DNA from: a virus | DNA length: 64,000 bases | Virus record (IMG/VR): IMGVR_UViG_3300021197_001584 | Location: 1 to 64,000 of that record | Direction: 5' to 3' (one strand) | Shown: positions 9,693 to 19,641 of the stretch, piece by piece | How the letters are laid out: each line of letters starts with the position of its first letter | Position numbering within the stretch: the first letter of the stretch is position 1 | Translations under genes and position numbers: made by a program | The notes under the pieces: generated by a model | What the model saw: the letters and a program-made list of their open reading frames with translations, nothing else | The model's database searches: none | Told to the model about the DNA's origin: nothing

Positions 9693-10871
9693 TTATTTTT
9701 TTATGCCTGCAAGCTTTTGCATCTTCTCCATAAAAGGATCAGCGCTTTGCTTGCTTTCGTTAATGTTTTGCCTAGAATTCAGCATTGAACTTAAGTTCGA
9801 ACGACGGTTGACTGACTCGCTCAGTGATTGTGGACCTCTTTTGCTATTAGGCGACGATCCCACTGTGGCTTTGAGTGTCTCGTGAAGTTGCTTTGCTTCT
9901 TTCGTAGACTCCGCATTTGCGATGGCTTCGACAATTTTAGATTTTTGTCGCTCATTCAGGGAGGCATCACCCAGAGTGCGGTTCTGGTATAGTAATTTTG
10001 CATTGGACAATAGAGCCTCGTCAAGATGGTTTTCAAGTCTCTCAAGGACGTCAACCAACTTATCGTTTTGTGAGCTCAAGGCTTCAATTGTCTCATATAA
10101 TTCTGTTTGTTTGTTTTCGGCGGAATCATCTTCAGAAGATTCTTCTTCGTCTTCTTCGAGCATGTTTTCTTCGTAAGCTTCTCGATGATCCATTTCTCTT
10201 TTCTTGTCAGTTGGATTAACTGCTGATCCGCCAAGGCTCTTGCCGTTTGGTCGGACTTCTCCGCCTTCTTCCATGTGAAGTTCTTCTTCTAACATGTCAA
10301 GAATTTCTTGAAGTTGAACATCTTCTTCGTTTGTTTCTTCTTTTCCTTCTTGGAGTGTCGCCAATAGGTCGTCAAGGCTTTCATCACCACCGGAGGTGTC
10401 ATCACCTTCTGGTTCTGCTGCAAGGTCTCCTGATGGCTCTGAGGGGCTGTCAAGGCCCAATCCGTCATCTGATCCACCCATTGCTTCTTCTTCCTCTGCA
10501 GACATCTCAAGTTCTCCGAGATCGAGATCTACCATACCATCGTCTGTTTGAGGTAAAGAGTCAACAAGAGCGCTGAACTTTACAGACATGTCTTCATAGC
10601 GAGAGTCCCATGCTGGAGGAGCTTCGATTGTTGCTCCTTCTTGACCACCACCAAAAGATGAAGGCATTGCATCTGCTTCTTCGTTAAGTTCTTCTTCAGC
10701 TTCTGAGATCATGTTGTTGGCTGCTTCGAGGTTTTGGTTCTCAAGCATTGCATCAACTGCATCTTTAATCTGGTGAGAATACTTTTCAATTACAGATTGC
10801 TCTGCGTTCTTAATCGCCTGTTCTCGCAGCGCTGCAGCGTCGGCGATGGCTTGCTCTAGCATGTTTGACAT
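9693..10871 (-). CDS. Prohead core / scaffold protein (gp22-like)
   Basis: Acidic coiled-coil protein directly upstream of the MCP with many L/I-x-E sites; ends MQKLAGIK. Start reassigned to MSNMLEQ (AGGAG SD, late motif upstream). Confidence 0.75.
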   Translation of the reverse strand: MSNMLEQAIADAAALREQAIKNAEQSVIEKYSHQIKDAVDAMLENQNLEAANNMISEAEEELNEEADAMPSSFGGGQEGATIEAPPAWDSRYEDMSVKFSALVDSLPQTDDGMVDLDLGELEMSAEEEEAMGGSDDGLGLDSPSEPSGDLAAEPEGDDTSGGDESLDDLLATLQEGKEETNEEDVQLQEILDMLEEELHMEEGGEVRPNGKSLGGSAVNPTDKKREMDHREAYEENMLEEDEEESSEDDSAENKQTELYETIEALSSQNDKLVDVLERLENHLDEALLSNAKLLYQNRTLGDASLNERQKSKIVEAIANAESTKEAKQLHETLKATVGSSPNSKRGPQSLSESVNRRSNLSSMLNSRQNINESKQSADPFMEKMQKLAGIKK

Positions 10872-10940
10872 CAATTTTCTCCTAGAATTCTTTTCTCCTT
10901 TAAATAGTGTTGCGAGAAACAAAACTCCAAAAGGGCGCTT

Positions 10941-10976
10941 AAAAAGAAAATGCCTCGATGCTTTCACGTCGAGGCA
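10941..10976 (-). terminator. Intrinsic terminator
   Basis: TGCCTCGACG..CATCGAGGCA hairpin followed by TTTTCTTTTT on the minus strand. Confidence 0.7.
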
Positions 10977-11020
10977 AGATGACTTTCAAAGTTTAATTGA
11001 AATTAAGGAGTTGGCGATGC

Positions 11021-12814
11021 TCAAGAAGCCGCAGCAGTCTCAATAGACATTTGACGGTCAGACTGAGCTGCGATCATCGCTACTTGTGATTCCGTCAACG
11101 CAACGCCATCGCTGATTTGCATTGAGTCAAACTGTCCTTTTACAGATTTTGTCTGATATCCACCTCCGAAAATGAAGGTTTGGTGCGATGCTGGTGGGAA
11201 AAATTTAGTTCCAAGCGGATAGCTAATGCTATTGTTCAGTTTGGATCCATTCAGATACAGACTAGCAATAATATTAGAGCCATCATTTGCTATAACGATT
11301 GCAACATGAGTCCATGCTCCAGCCATTGGTATGCCTGTGCTCAAGTTGTTTGTTGTTCTTGGTCCTCGAGTATATGAAATAAAGTGAGGATTGGTGAGCG
11401 AACTACCTCCTCCAAGATCAAATGCGAATCTTCTGACTTCGTCATTCACTGAACCTACATTCATACCTGCTAATCCCAAATTGTTTGCTGCTTGAGATGA
11501 GTCTAAATTCATCCACCACGAAATAGTAAACTCATCATTTACTGTTTCATTTGTGTTTAAGTCATATTCTAGAACGCCATCATCCTTCAGTAAGACTTGC
11601 ATCCCTCCAGTCCTTGCGGAATTGTTATCGGTATAAATTCCGTTTGAGAACTTAGAAGGATCTCGAGCTATAACGGAGTCAATGTCTTCCAAGAACGTTC
11701 CAGCAATTACTTCCGGCCCTTCAGCAGGAGCTTCTGTGACATAGCCTTCGGCAAACTTGGATGAGATTTGAGTTTGATCCCAAACAGCATTCTCAATAGC
11801 CATTTTGGTGAATTGTCCCATGTAGGCTTCGTGGCCTCTAACGGATCCCGCTCCAGTTCCAGTTCCAATAATCAATCCGTAAACATCATCTCCATCTCTA
11901 AATGGGTCTGACTTAGATGCGAATGTAATATCTGAACCGAGTTGCGTGCCGTCCAAATAAAGCCTCTTGACTCCATTTACATTATCCCAAACAGATGTGA
12001 TCATATGCCATTGACCATCATCAACGGAACTGTGAGTTGGGTCGGAGGTTGCACCGGCTGCGGTCACAAATCGAAGATCCACATCTGTGTTTTGTTGCAG
12101 AACATGAGCATATTTGTTCTCCGAAGTTCTAGCCATTCCGAAAGACCAAAATTTAGATTTTCTAGAGCCTCCGGTATTCTTGAACCACAAATTTGTCGTC
12201 ATAACATCTTGATACATGAATTCAGCTATGTCTCCATGAATCATGTAGGATGATCCATCAAGAGTTAAGATGTTGTTTTCATAAACAGGATTACCAACGA
12301 TTGTTGTGTTCGGATGAGCTAGAACATCAGCGATTAAACTTTCCGGCTCTCCTCCAGTTCCAATAACCTCAACGACATAAGATTCGTTGATACCAAGCCA
12401 AGATAAAGACCCATCAGTTCTAACGGTTAAAAACTTTCCTTCGTCGGATGAAGTGTAAATAGGAACTTCATCAACGTCATAAAGTTTAACCCCTCTATTG
12501 ACACCAGCCAATGTTGGGATCGACCCTTGGTATCTACCTGTAGAGAAGAAAGAAACAGACACGGTTTCTTCACTTCCAGTCAAGGATTTTACGTAATAAT
12601 TTTGATAAGTATTTGGAAATGAAAACTGCTTATCATCGCCAGTTCTCGAATAAATGGTAGACCATACTGATCCATCCCATCCATGAATAGAAACATCGGA
12701 CCCACGGAACACAATTGATATGTCTCCATTGTGGGTTGATGGTGCCTCAAAGGCGCCTTCTAAATTAGGATTGGAAGGAGAAGCGGTCATTTTTAAAGTT
12801 TTTTGCTTTCTCAT
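11021..12814 (-). CDS. Virion protein with two LamG-like domains; N-terminus paralogous to 12830..13231
   Basis: 597 aa; QWHMITSVWD and AWTHVAIV LamG motifs; shares SKSDPFRDGDDVYGLIIGTGTG with the 1345-aa protein. Confidence 0.7.
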   Translation of the reverse strand: MRKQKTLKMTASPSNPNLEGAFEAPSTHNGDISIVFRGSDVSIHGWDGSVWSTIYSRTGDDKQFSFPNTYQNYYVKSLTGSEETVSVSFFSTGRYQGSIPTLAGVNRGVKLYDVDEVPIYTSSDEGKFLTVRTDGSLSWLGINESYVVEVIGTGGEPESLIADVLAHPNTTIVGNPVYENNILTLDGSSYMIHGDIAEFMYQDVMTTNLWFKNTGGSRKSKFWSFGMARTSENKYAHVLQQNTDVDLRFVTAAGATSDPTHSSVDDGQWHMITSVWDNVNGVKRLYLDGTQLGSDITFASKSDPFRDGDDVYGLIIGTGTGAGSVRGHEAYMGQFTKMAIENAVWDQTQISSKFAEGYVTEAPAEGPEVIAGTFLEDIDSVIARDPSKFSNGIYTDNNSARTGGMQVLLKDDGVLEYDLNTNETVNDEFTISWWMNLDSSQAANNLGLAGMNVGSVNDEVRRFAFDLGGGSSLTNPHFISYTRGPRTTNNLSTGIPMAGAWTHVAIVIANDGSNIIASLYLNGSKLNNSISYPLGTKFFPPASHQTFIFGGGYQTKSVKGQFDSMQISDGVALTESQVAMIAAQSDRQMSIETAAAS

Positions 12815-12829
12815 GTTAGGGATCCTCCG

Positions 12830-13231
12830 TTATCTTGCGATCCATGTTAAGTTCCCGCTGTTATCAACAGAGAGTACTTTTCCAGCATCTGATGCTGAAT
12901 ATGCCGGCATGTCGCCAATCTCTTCGATTGAAGCCGGTGCCGGCGCTGCCGACTTTACGAGCGAATCTTCCATGAAGACTGCTCTAACTGTCTCTTCTTG
13001 TCCAGAGTTGGACTTGAAGAAGGCTTCCGAATAAGTTTCGAAAGGAACGAAAACGATTTTGTCATCTGTGTTTGTGGTTCCGATAAGTTCCCAAGATGAA
13101 CCGTTCTTTCCATAAACCTCAACCTCTGAGAATCCGATACAGATCATTGTGTTGTGATTTGCTTCAGGTGGAATTCCTTCTGATTGAGCTGTTGGTGCCG
13201 ATGTTCCGGCTGTAAATTTAGTAATAGACAT
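12830..13231 (-). CDS. Small virion protein, LamG-less paralog of the 597-aa protein N-terminus
   Basis: 133 aa; KSNSGQEETV / SDAGKVLSVDNSGNLTW vs KSLTGSEETV / SDEGKFLTVRTDGSLSW. Confidence 0.6.
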   Translation of the reverse strand: MSITKFTAGTSAPTAQSEGIPPEANHNTMICIGFSEVEVYGKNGSSWELIGTTNTDDKIVFVPFETYSEAFFKSNSGQEETVRAVFMEDSLVKSAAPAPASIEEIGDMPAYSASDAGKVLSVDNSGNLTWIAR

Positions 13232-13262
13232 TTTAAATCCTCCAAAGATATTTTGTCTTAAT

Positions 13263-13296
13263 AAAAAAGGGCCTCGAAAGTTTCCCCTCGAGGCCC
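13263..13296 (-). terminator. Intrinsic terminator
   Basis: GGGCCTCGA..TCGAGGCCC hairpin plus T6 on the minus strand. Confidence 0.75.
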
Positions 13297-13338
13297 AAGG
13301 TCATTACCTCTAAGGCATTGCACTTAGCTAATCAAAGA

Positions 13339-15825
13339 TTAGAACAAGTACATAACTCCACCTTTCTTAACGAACATAGCAGAAGTTCCACCATGAAGAA
13401 CAACGTTTCCGTCAGATTCACCGTCGATAGACTCACCAACAGCAGCGTTGAATGTAACAGAGTTAGATCCTTCAGCAACTTTAACCATGATGAAGTATTC
13501 TTCAGTCATGACTGGCAAAGTGAAAGACTTCGGAGAAGATGCATCCACGATGTAGTGAGTAGCAGCACCCATTGCAGCAGAAGTTTCAGTCAAGAAAGCA
13601 ACCTTAACGAAACCGTCAAAGTGTGCATCATGCTTAGCTTCGATGCGTGCTTCTTCACCAGACGCGCGAGTTACTTCAGCAGCCAAGTTGGCAGTCAAAG
13701 TAGCTTCAGCAGCATCAGACTCAGACTCAACGCGAGCAATCTCACCCAAGAAGTCAGTTTCCATAGAAGCGAAGTCAGCTGCAACAGCACCAGACAATGC
13801 GTCAATGTTACCTTGAAGAGTAGAGTCACCAGCGATTCGTGCAGCTTCTTCAGTAGTGATAGAAGCAGACAAGATAGCTTCAGCAGCCAATGCACGAGCA
13901 TCAGCATCATCAATGTTGCTTTGAAGAATTACATCAGCAGCATCACGGTCAAGAAGTTCTTGAGCCAAACCAGCAGTCAAAACTGCATCAGCAGCTTCAA
14001 ATGCAGAAGTTACAACTGCGTCAGCAGCAATGTAGGCAGATTCCATTGCAGCGAAATCAACAGCAACAGCACCAGACAATGCACTCAATTCAGAAGTGTG
14101 AGTAGCAGCCAAAGTAGTGATAGCAGCATTCAAGTTACCATCTTCAGCTTGGAAAGCAGCAACAATCTCAGTCATAGAATCCAAAGCAGCTGGATCTGTG
14201 TTAGAGATGATGTCGTTGATTTGAGATTGAAGACCACCTTCAACACCTTGAGCACGAATTACTTCAGCAGAAACCAAACCTTCGATACGAGTATCTTCGG
14301 CAGCAAACTCACTACGAATAGCAGCTTCTTGACCTAAAGCACGAGTCTCTTCAGCAAGGATAGCAGCGTCAGCGTCAGCTTCATTACCATCAACGTCAGC
14401 TTGAAGAGCAGAGATTTCACCAGCAAAGAAAGTTTCCATTCCAGTTCTTGCAGCAAGAGCAGATGAAGACAATGCAGTGATGTTACCTTGAAGAACACCT
14501 TCAGCACCAGTCGCACGAGTTACCTCGGCAGCCAAGTCAGCAGTCAAAGTAGCTTCAGCAGCATCAGATTCTGATTCAACGCGACCGATTTCAGCCAAGA
14601 AGTCAGTTTGCATTTGTGTAAAGTCAGCTTCAACAGCGCCAGAAAGGGCATCGATGTTACCTTGAAGAGTAGAATCTCCGGCAATACGAGCAGACTCTTC
14701 AGAGTCAATGTTACCTTGAAGAACGCTATCGGCATTTGAACGAGCAAGTGCTTCTGCGGCTTCGCGAGTATCAGTGTAAGCTTTTGCGTCAACCAAAGTT
14801 TGAGCATCACCAGCAGCACGGTCAAGAACTTCTTGAGCCAAGTCAGCAGTCAAAGTAGCTTCAGCACCCTGAGCACGAAGAACTTCAGCGTCGATGTTAC
14901 CTTGAAGGACACCATCAGCAGCCAATCGAGCAGCAGCTTCAGAAGCGTCAGCATTTGCAAACTCGGTACGGATCGCAGCACGATCAGTGGTTGCAGTAGC
15001 GTCAGCAGCAGAACGAGCATTTGCTTCATTAGTGATGTTAGCTTGAAGAATACCTTCGGCAGCAAGAGCGCGCAGTTCTTCAGCATCAACGTCAGCACCA
15101 CGATCGATGATCTCTTGGTCAATCTTGCCATCAAGAGTAACGATTTGAGAAAGGATAGAAGTGTCAGCCAATTGATAAGCATCAGCAATTTCTTTCAAAG
15201 TGTCGAAATCAACATCAGCACCAGCTAAAACAGCATCCAAACGACCTTTTTCAATGTCGATTGCAGATTGAAGACCAGCGTCAGCAGTAGTTCGAGCCAA
15301 TTCTTCAGCATCCATAGCAGCTTGGAAGTCAAGCTCCAACTGGCTAAAGTCACCAGCTACAGCACCAGACAAAGCATCAATGTTGCCTTGAAGAGTAACG
15401 TCATCAGCAAGACGAGTTGCAGCTTCAGCAGCCAAAGCAGCGTCATTAGAAAGAACATAAGCATCATGCTTATCTTCGATGCGAGTTTCTTCGCCTTGAG
15501 CACGAATTACTTCGTTAGAGATAGCAGTAGCGTTTGCTGACTCAGCACCTTGAGCACGAACGATTTCGCCATCAAGAGCAGATTGAATACCTTGACGGCC
15601 CAATTCTGCTGCTGCTTCAACATTTTTTAAGTGTTTTTCTTGTACAAGTTTGTCTCCGTCAACGACAGGAGCATTTGCGACACCAACTTTAACAGCATCA
15701 GAAATTTCTGAAATGTTCTTTACGGCGCCAACTGGAAGTGTAAGTTTACCTTCCGCCAATCCTAACATATCAAATTCAGTAACCTGATCGTCAATCTTGA
15801 CTTTTCCTAAGAATAATTTTGACAT
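13339..15825 (-). CDS. Ala-rich coiled-coil fibre protein with internal repeats
   Basis: About 828 aa from MSKLFLG (GGAGG SD). Repeats of LQGNIDALSGAVxxDF and EVxRAxGxE; FDTLKEIA/LDSMTEIV motifs typical of phage fibres; C-terminal beta anchor-type domain. Confidence 0.7.
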   Translation of the reverse strand: MSKLFLGKVKIDDQVTEFDMLGLAEGKLTLPVGAVKNISEISDAVKVGVANAPVVDGDKLVQEKHLKNVEAAAELGRQGIQSALDGEIVRAQGAESANATAISNEVIRAQGEETRIEDKHDAYVLSNDAALAAEAATRLADDVTLQGNIDALSGAVAGDFSQLELDFQAAMDAEELARTTADAGLQSAIDIEKGRLDAVLAGADVDFDTLKEIADAYQLADTSILSQIVTLDGKIDQEIIDRGADVDAEELRALAAEGILQANITNEANARSAADATATTDRAAIRTEFANADASEAAARLAADGVLQGNIDAEVLRAQGAEATLTADLAQEVLDRAAGDAQTLVDAKAYTDTREAAEALARSNADSVLQGNIDSEESARIAGDSTLQGNIDALSGAVEADFTQMQTDFLAEIGRVESESDAAEATLTADLAAEVTRATGAEGVLQGNITALSSSALAARTGMETFFAGEISALQADVDGNEADADAAILAEETRALGQEAAIRSEFAAEDTRIEGLVSAEVIRAQGVEGGLQSQINDIISNTDPAALDSMTEIVAAFQAEDGNLNAAITTLAATHTSELSALSGAVAVDFAAMESAYIAADAVVTSAFEAADAVLTAGLAQELLDRDAADVILQSNIDDADARALAAEAILSASITTEEAARIAGDSTLQGNIDALSGAVAADFASMETDFLGEIARVESESDAAEATLTANLAAEVTRASGEEARIEAKHDAHFDGFVKVAFLTETSAAMGAATHYIVDASSPKSFTLPVMTEEYFIMVKVAEGSNSVTFNAAVGESIDGESDGNVVLHGGTSAMFVKKGGVMYLF

Positions 15826-16008
15826 TATTATTTTCCTCCAAATAATGTTTATAACACCCTCGGACACAGGTCCAAGAGTTACACCTAACTATTTCGATAA
15901 TATCTAAAAAGAAATTTTATTTTGACTAGTTTAGCAATGCTCTTTCTAAACGCTAAAAAAAGTTTACAAAAACCCTAGATGTTCGATTCTAGCGGAAAGA
16001 TAGAGGAA

Positions 16009-18168
16009 TTACATTATGAAGAATTTGGATTGTCCATCAGTGTAAATGTTGATGGATGATCCGGGAGAAACGAAAGTCAAACTTGATCTGTTTTCAACCA
16101 ACTGATTTGACTGTGGTATGATGGTGATTGTGAACTGGTCTGCGTTTTCAGCCTCATCTTTAATTACGAAGATTTGGCCATTGAACAATGTTGATGCATC
16201 AGGTAAAGTTACGGTCGTATTTTGTGTTGCTTGTAAGCCAACAAAGTAGTCTGTGTTCAACATGCTGTAGTTTGAGGCTACGACCACTCTGTTTCTAACT
16301 TCTATACCAGATTGAACTGCTGGTGACATGATGACGTTACCGTTTGCATCCAGAGACAAGAAGTTGCTAGATGACCCTTGTTGGACATTTGTTAGGTTTA
16401 GAGATGGAATGATCACCTTTCCCGATGATGGTTCAAGCGATAAGTCTCCTGCTGGAGTCGCATTGAGATCTGCATATCTGTATTGAGATATTCCAAATAC
16501 AAACTCTGAGTTGGTTAATCTTAATTGAGGATTTGTTGTGTCTTTGATCTCGACCATCTTGGATGGGTTGTTGATGTTGATTCCGAGAGGTCCTCCAATG
16601 TTTGCTGCATTTGCAACATTAAGTGAAGTTAGCGTCCCCAAACTTGTTACGTTCGGCTGAGCAGCGGTGCTAAGTGTGCCTCCAAGATTTGTAGAATTCA
16701 CTGTTGTTGCGTCAAGAGTTGGAGTCGCAATGTTGTCACTATTGATCGTTGTGTTGCCATTCGTGATTGTCGTCGATGTGATGTTTGTAAAATATCCCGC
16801 AGCAGAGGAAACAGATACTGATGATGACACTTGTCCGATGTTATTAAGAACTATGTCGCCATTAGAGCCTACCACAAGCTCACCAAGAACGTTTGTGTCG
16901 TTGCCTATGTCTAGTGTCGTAGAGTTCGTTGAAAGAGTTGTGGAGCCATTGTTGACGCTTATAGATAGTTTTTCGGTTGTGGTTCCGACTTTAAATTGAT
17001 TTGATGGTGCTTCTATCTCAAACTTTGCACCGTCAGAGTAATCTCCAACGCCAATGAGTCCGTTGTTGATAAATAACCCATTGTCAATTGCAAGACCATT
17101 AGGAACAGAGATTGTGTCTGCGTTGACGATAATCGTGTCTGTTGCTTCATCTCCAAGAGTCAAAGTGTCTGCCGATACTGCAAAGTCTGTAGTTCGCGCA
17201 GTGAAGGATCCTGTAACCACAAGATCACCAGAGACGTTAAGATCTCCTGTGACATTTGTTTGACCGTTAGAAGGACTTATGGTAAAGTCTCCGTCTGTGT
17301 TTGTGTGTAGATCTGTGTATTCGTGATCTTGTACTCCGAAAACTCCTCGTTGACTTGTCAAGCGCAATTGAGTCGAAGTGGAAAGAATTTCCGATGTTGC
17401 TTGAGGATCGGAGACGTTAACTCCAATCTTGTTCTCTGATGACTTCACATAGAATGTCCCATTAAAGGTTGCATCGTTTGCAACATTAAGATTCGTTAGT
17501 GTTCCGACATCGGTTATGTTCGTTTGAGATGGTGATGTTAATAGTCCCTCAAGGGTTGTTGATTGGATGTGAACTGCATTAGCAATTGTTCCAGTCTCCA
17601 TAGTAAGGGTTCCATCTGTAAGTTGGTCAGCTTGAATGTCGCCAACGTCCATGGATTCGAAAAGTCCAATTGAGCTACTGATTTGCGAGGCGTCGATCTC
17701 TAGAGCTTGTATGTCTCCAATGACATCTAATAGTGCGCCATCGAATGTTAGATTCTCTTCTGCATTGACGGTGTTGTCAGTCACAGAAGTTACAAGCCTG
17801 TTATCGCCGTGGTTCGTGTAGTAGTTGATTGGTACACCATCAAGGTCTCCACCCCATCCGTAGAAGTTCTGAGCGGTTACGTTGCCGTTTACATCCACTG
17901 AGCCGGTAAATTGATGAAGGTCATCTGGTGTGTCTCCAAACACTGAAGATCCTGAGACTTCAAAGTGGAAGACTGTTTGAGTTTGGTTTTGGATCTCGAA
18001 GTTGTGAGCAACGATGTTTCCGGAAACTAGCAGTGAGTTTAAGTCATCAGACCAAATTAAATTTGGATCGTGCTCGAGTTCGGTTCCAGGACCAGCAAGT
18101 TGGATTGATCCTTTAGGACCCGATCCTTGACGGCCGACAACATATGCCCATCCAAATTCCTTCGCCAT
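16009..18168 (-). CDS. Beta-rich fibre/spike protein with an internal ~95-aa duplication
   Basis: 719 aa; QTNITDVGTLTNLNV..QLRLT and QPNVTSLGTLTSLNV..QLRLT units; C-terminal VTLPDAS..GQIFVIKDE domain. Confidence 0.65.
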   Translation of the reverse strand: MAKEFGWAYVVGRQGSGPKGSIQLAGPGTELEHDPNLIWSDDLNSLLVSGNIVAHNFEIQNQTQTVFHFEVSGSSVFGDTPDDLHQFTGSVDVNGNVTAQNFYGWGGDLDGVPINYYTNHGDNRLVTSVTDNTVNAEENLTFDGALLDVIGDIQALEIDASQISSSIGLFESMDVGDIQADQLTDGTLTMETGTIANAVHIQSTTLEGLLTSPSQTNITDVGTLTNLNVANDATFNGTFYVKSSENKIGVNVSDPQATSEILSTSTQLRLTSQRGVFGVQDHEYTDLHTNTDGDFTISPSNGQTNVTGDLNVSGDLVVTGSFTARTTDFAVSADTLTLGDEATDTIIVNADTISVPNGLAIDNGLFINNGLIGVGDYSDGAKFEIEAPSNQFKVGTTTEKLSISVNNGSTTLSTNSTTLDIGNDTNVLGELVVGSNGDIVLNNIGQVSSSVSVSSAAGYFTNITSTTITNGNTTINSDNIATPTLDATTVNSTNLGGTLSTAAQPNVTSLGTLTSLNVANAANIGGPLGININNPSKMVEIKDTTNPQLRLTNSEFVFGISQYRYADLNATPAGDLSLEPSSGKVIIPSLNLTNVQQGSSSNFLSLDANGNVIMSPAVQSGIEVRNRVVVASNYSMLNTDYFVGLQATQNTTVTLPDASTLFNGQIFVIKDEAENADQFTITIIPQSNQLVENRSSLTFVSPGSSINIYTDGQSKFFIM

Positions 18169-19187
18169 TACTCATCGATTCCCGGTCCGGTTAATTCATA
18201 CATGCGAGATGCAGGAATGCCTGTGAGTGGTGCGTCTATTCCAACTTCTAAAGCGCCGATGGCATGCAAAAAGACTTGCTTACATTTGGCAGATAAGGTT
18301 ATCTGCTCTTGGCCTGACAATGTTATTTTGTGTCTTGCTTCGGCGTTTTCGATTAAACGACCGTCAACGAAAAATAAGGGAGTAGAACCACCGATAAGGG
18401 AAAGATCGTTTGCTGATATTCTGTCATAAATAAGATTTGTTGCATCTGGGGTTGCATAGAAGTTTTTGTAATTATTGTCTTCGAAGGCCCAATGCGACAC
18501 TAAACTAGAAGCTTGGGAGTGGTTCTTGATTTTCATAGCAGCACCATCATTGTAAAGCTCTGCCACCTCACTATCTCCGAGAGCAGTTGAGAACAAAACT
18601 AGTTCATCGTAGATTCCATCATAACCAGTCCCTCCAGTCCCTCCGATGTCTAGACCAGTAAATCCTACACCAGCATCATGGGTGTTTTCTACTGCAAAAT
18701 TTCCATTAAGATAAAGTCGATTGGATGTACCGTTTATAGAAAGTGTTACGTTGATCCAATCTCCAGAAGACAATAAAGTAGCATCATCGGCATTGTTTCC
18801 ATCTACTCTTAGTCTTAGCCTGTTAGTCGATGTCGTTTGAATTCTCACTGCATTGCCGCCAATCAACTCGAATAATCTTAGTCCTGTAATTGGGTTCTGT
18901 AATTTTATCCAAGCAGAAACTGTAAACTGATCGATGGAGGAAAATGTTGAAGACAAATATTCAGTCGTACCACCAAAGTCAATAGCACGTTTTGGTTCGC
19001 AAAACATAATCTCTAACGAGTGTCCAGCACCATTGTGATCATTGCAAATTTTAATTTTGTTTGTTACACTAGGAAACTCAACAAGAACCTTTTGACCACT
19101 TGTCAAGTTCAAATCTTTAAGAAAAGGCCTACCAGAAACCTGATAAGATCCTACATTTTGCAACCCTACGCTATATCTAAAAGTCAT
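18168..19187 (-). CDS. Virion protein: paralog of 19187..19612 with an inserted LamG domain
   Basis: 339 aa; YSVGLQNVGSYQVSGRPF start and CKQVF..LTGIPASRMYELTG end flank a LamG (FTVSAWIK..YDGIYDEL). Confidence 0.7.
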   Translation of the reverse strand: MTFRYSVGLQNVGSYQVSGRPFLKDLNLTSGQKVLVEFPSVTNKIKICNDHNGAGHSLEIMFCEPKRAIDFGGTTEYLSSTFSSIDQFTVSAWIKLQNPITGLRLFELIGGNAVRIQTTSTNRLRLRVDGNNADDATLLSSGDWINVTLSINGTSNRLYLNGNFAVENTHDAGVGFTGLDIGGTGGTGYDGIYDELVLFSTALGDSEVAELYNDGAAMKIKNHSQASSLVSHWAFEDNNYKNFYATPDATNLIYDRISANDLSLIGGSTPLFFVDGRLIENAEARHKITLSGQEQITLSAKCKQVFLHAIGALEVGIDAPLTGIPASRMYELTGPGIDE

Positions 19188-19612
19188 TATGAACTTACTC
19201 CATCCAACCCTTCTAGGTCATACATTGAACCAGCCGGAATATTCGTTAATTCTGCAAAAACTTCCACATCACCAGCCTGTAAAGCAGCTACGTTGCCGAT
19301 AGAGAAAAACACTTCTTTGCATTTAACATCAAAAGTGTGTGTTGTGTTTGCCAAGACAATAAAATAATTTCCACTTGTTGAAGCGTCAGTTGTGAAATCA
19401 AATGTTGGTGCAATTGTGCGGTCATAAGGTGCAAAATGAACTTTAATTTGATGCTTTACTTTGAATGTGATGCTTTTTGTCACATTAGGAAATTGAATTC
19501 TAGCAGACTCATCATTCAATGTTGGCAATGTCGGAACCAGCAAGAATGGTTTGCCGCTTACTTGATATGCTCCAACGTGATTTAGACCTACGCTATAGAT
19601 ATTTGAACTCAT
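19187..19612 (-). CDS. Small virion protein (LamG-less paralog of 18168..19187)
   Basis: 141 aa; YSVGLNHVGAYQVSGKPF..CKEVF..LTNIPAGSMYDLEG; late motif upstream. Confidence 0.6.
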   Translation of the reverse strand: MSSNIYSVGLNHVGAYQVSGKPFLLVPTLPTLNDESARIQFPNVTKSITFKVKHQIKVHFAPYDRTIAPTFDFTTDASTSGNYFIVLANTTHTFDVKCKEVFFSIGNVAALQAGDVEVFAELTNIPAGSMYDLEGLDGVSS

Positions 19613-19641
19613 GATTGTCTCCTCTCTTTAGGACTAACTAG

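Noticed and set aside
5050-11915. Near-identical DNA in two LamG genes as a possible diversity-generating retroelement TR/VR pair
   Set aside because: Differences are synonymous rather than adenine-specific, both copies are coding, and no reverse transcriptase is in the window.
13318-15540. Long plus-strand and alternative-frame ORFs (e.g. 339 aa at 13318..14337)
   Set aside because: Shadows of the strongly codon-biased, repetitive fibre gene; Ser-rich nonsense composition and no SD.
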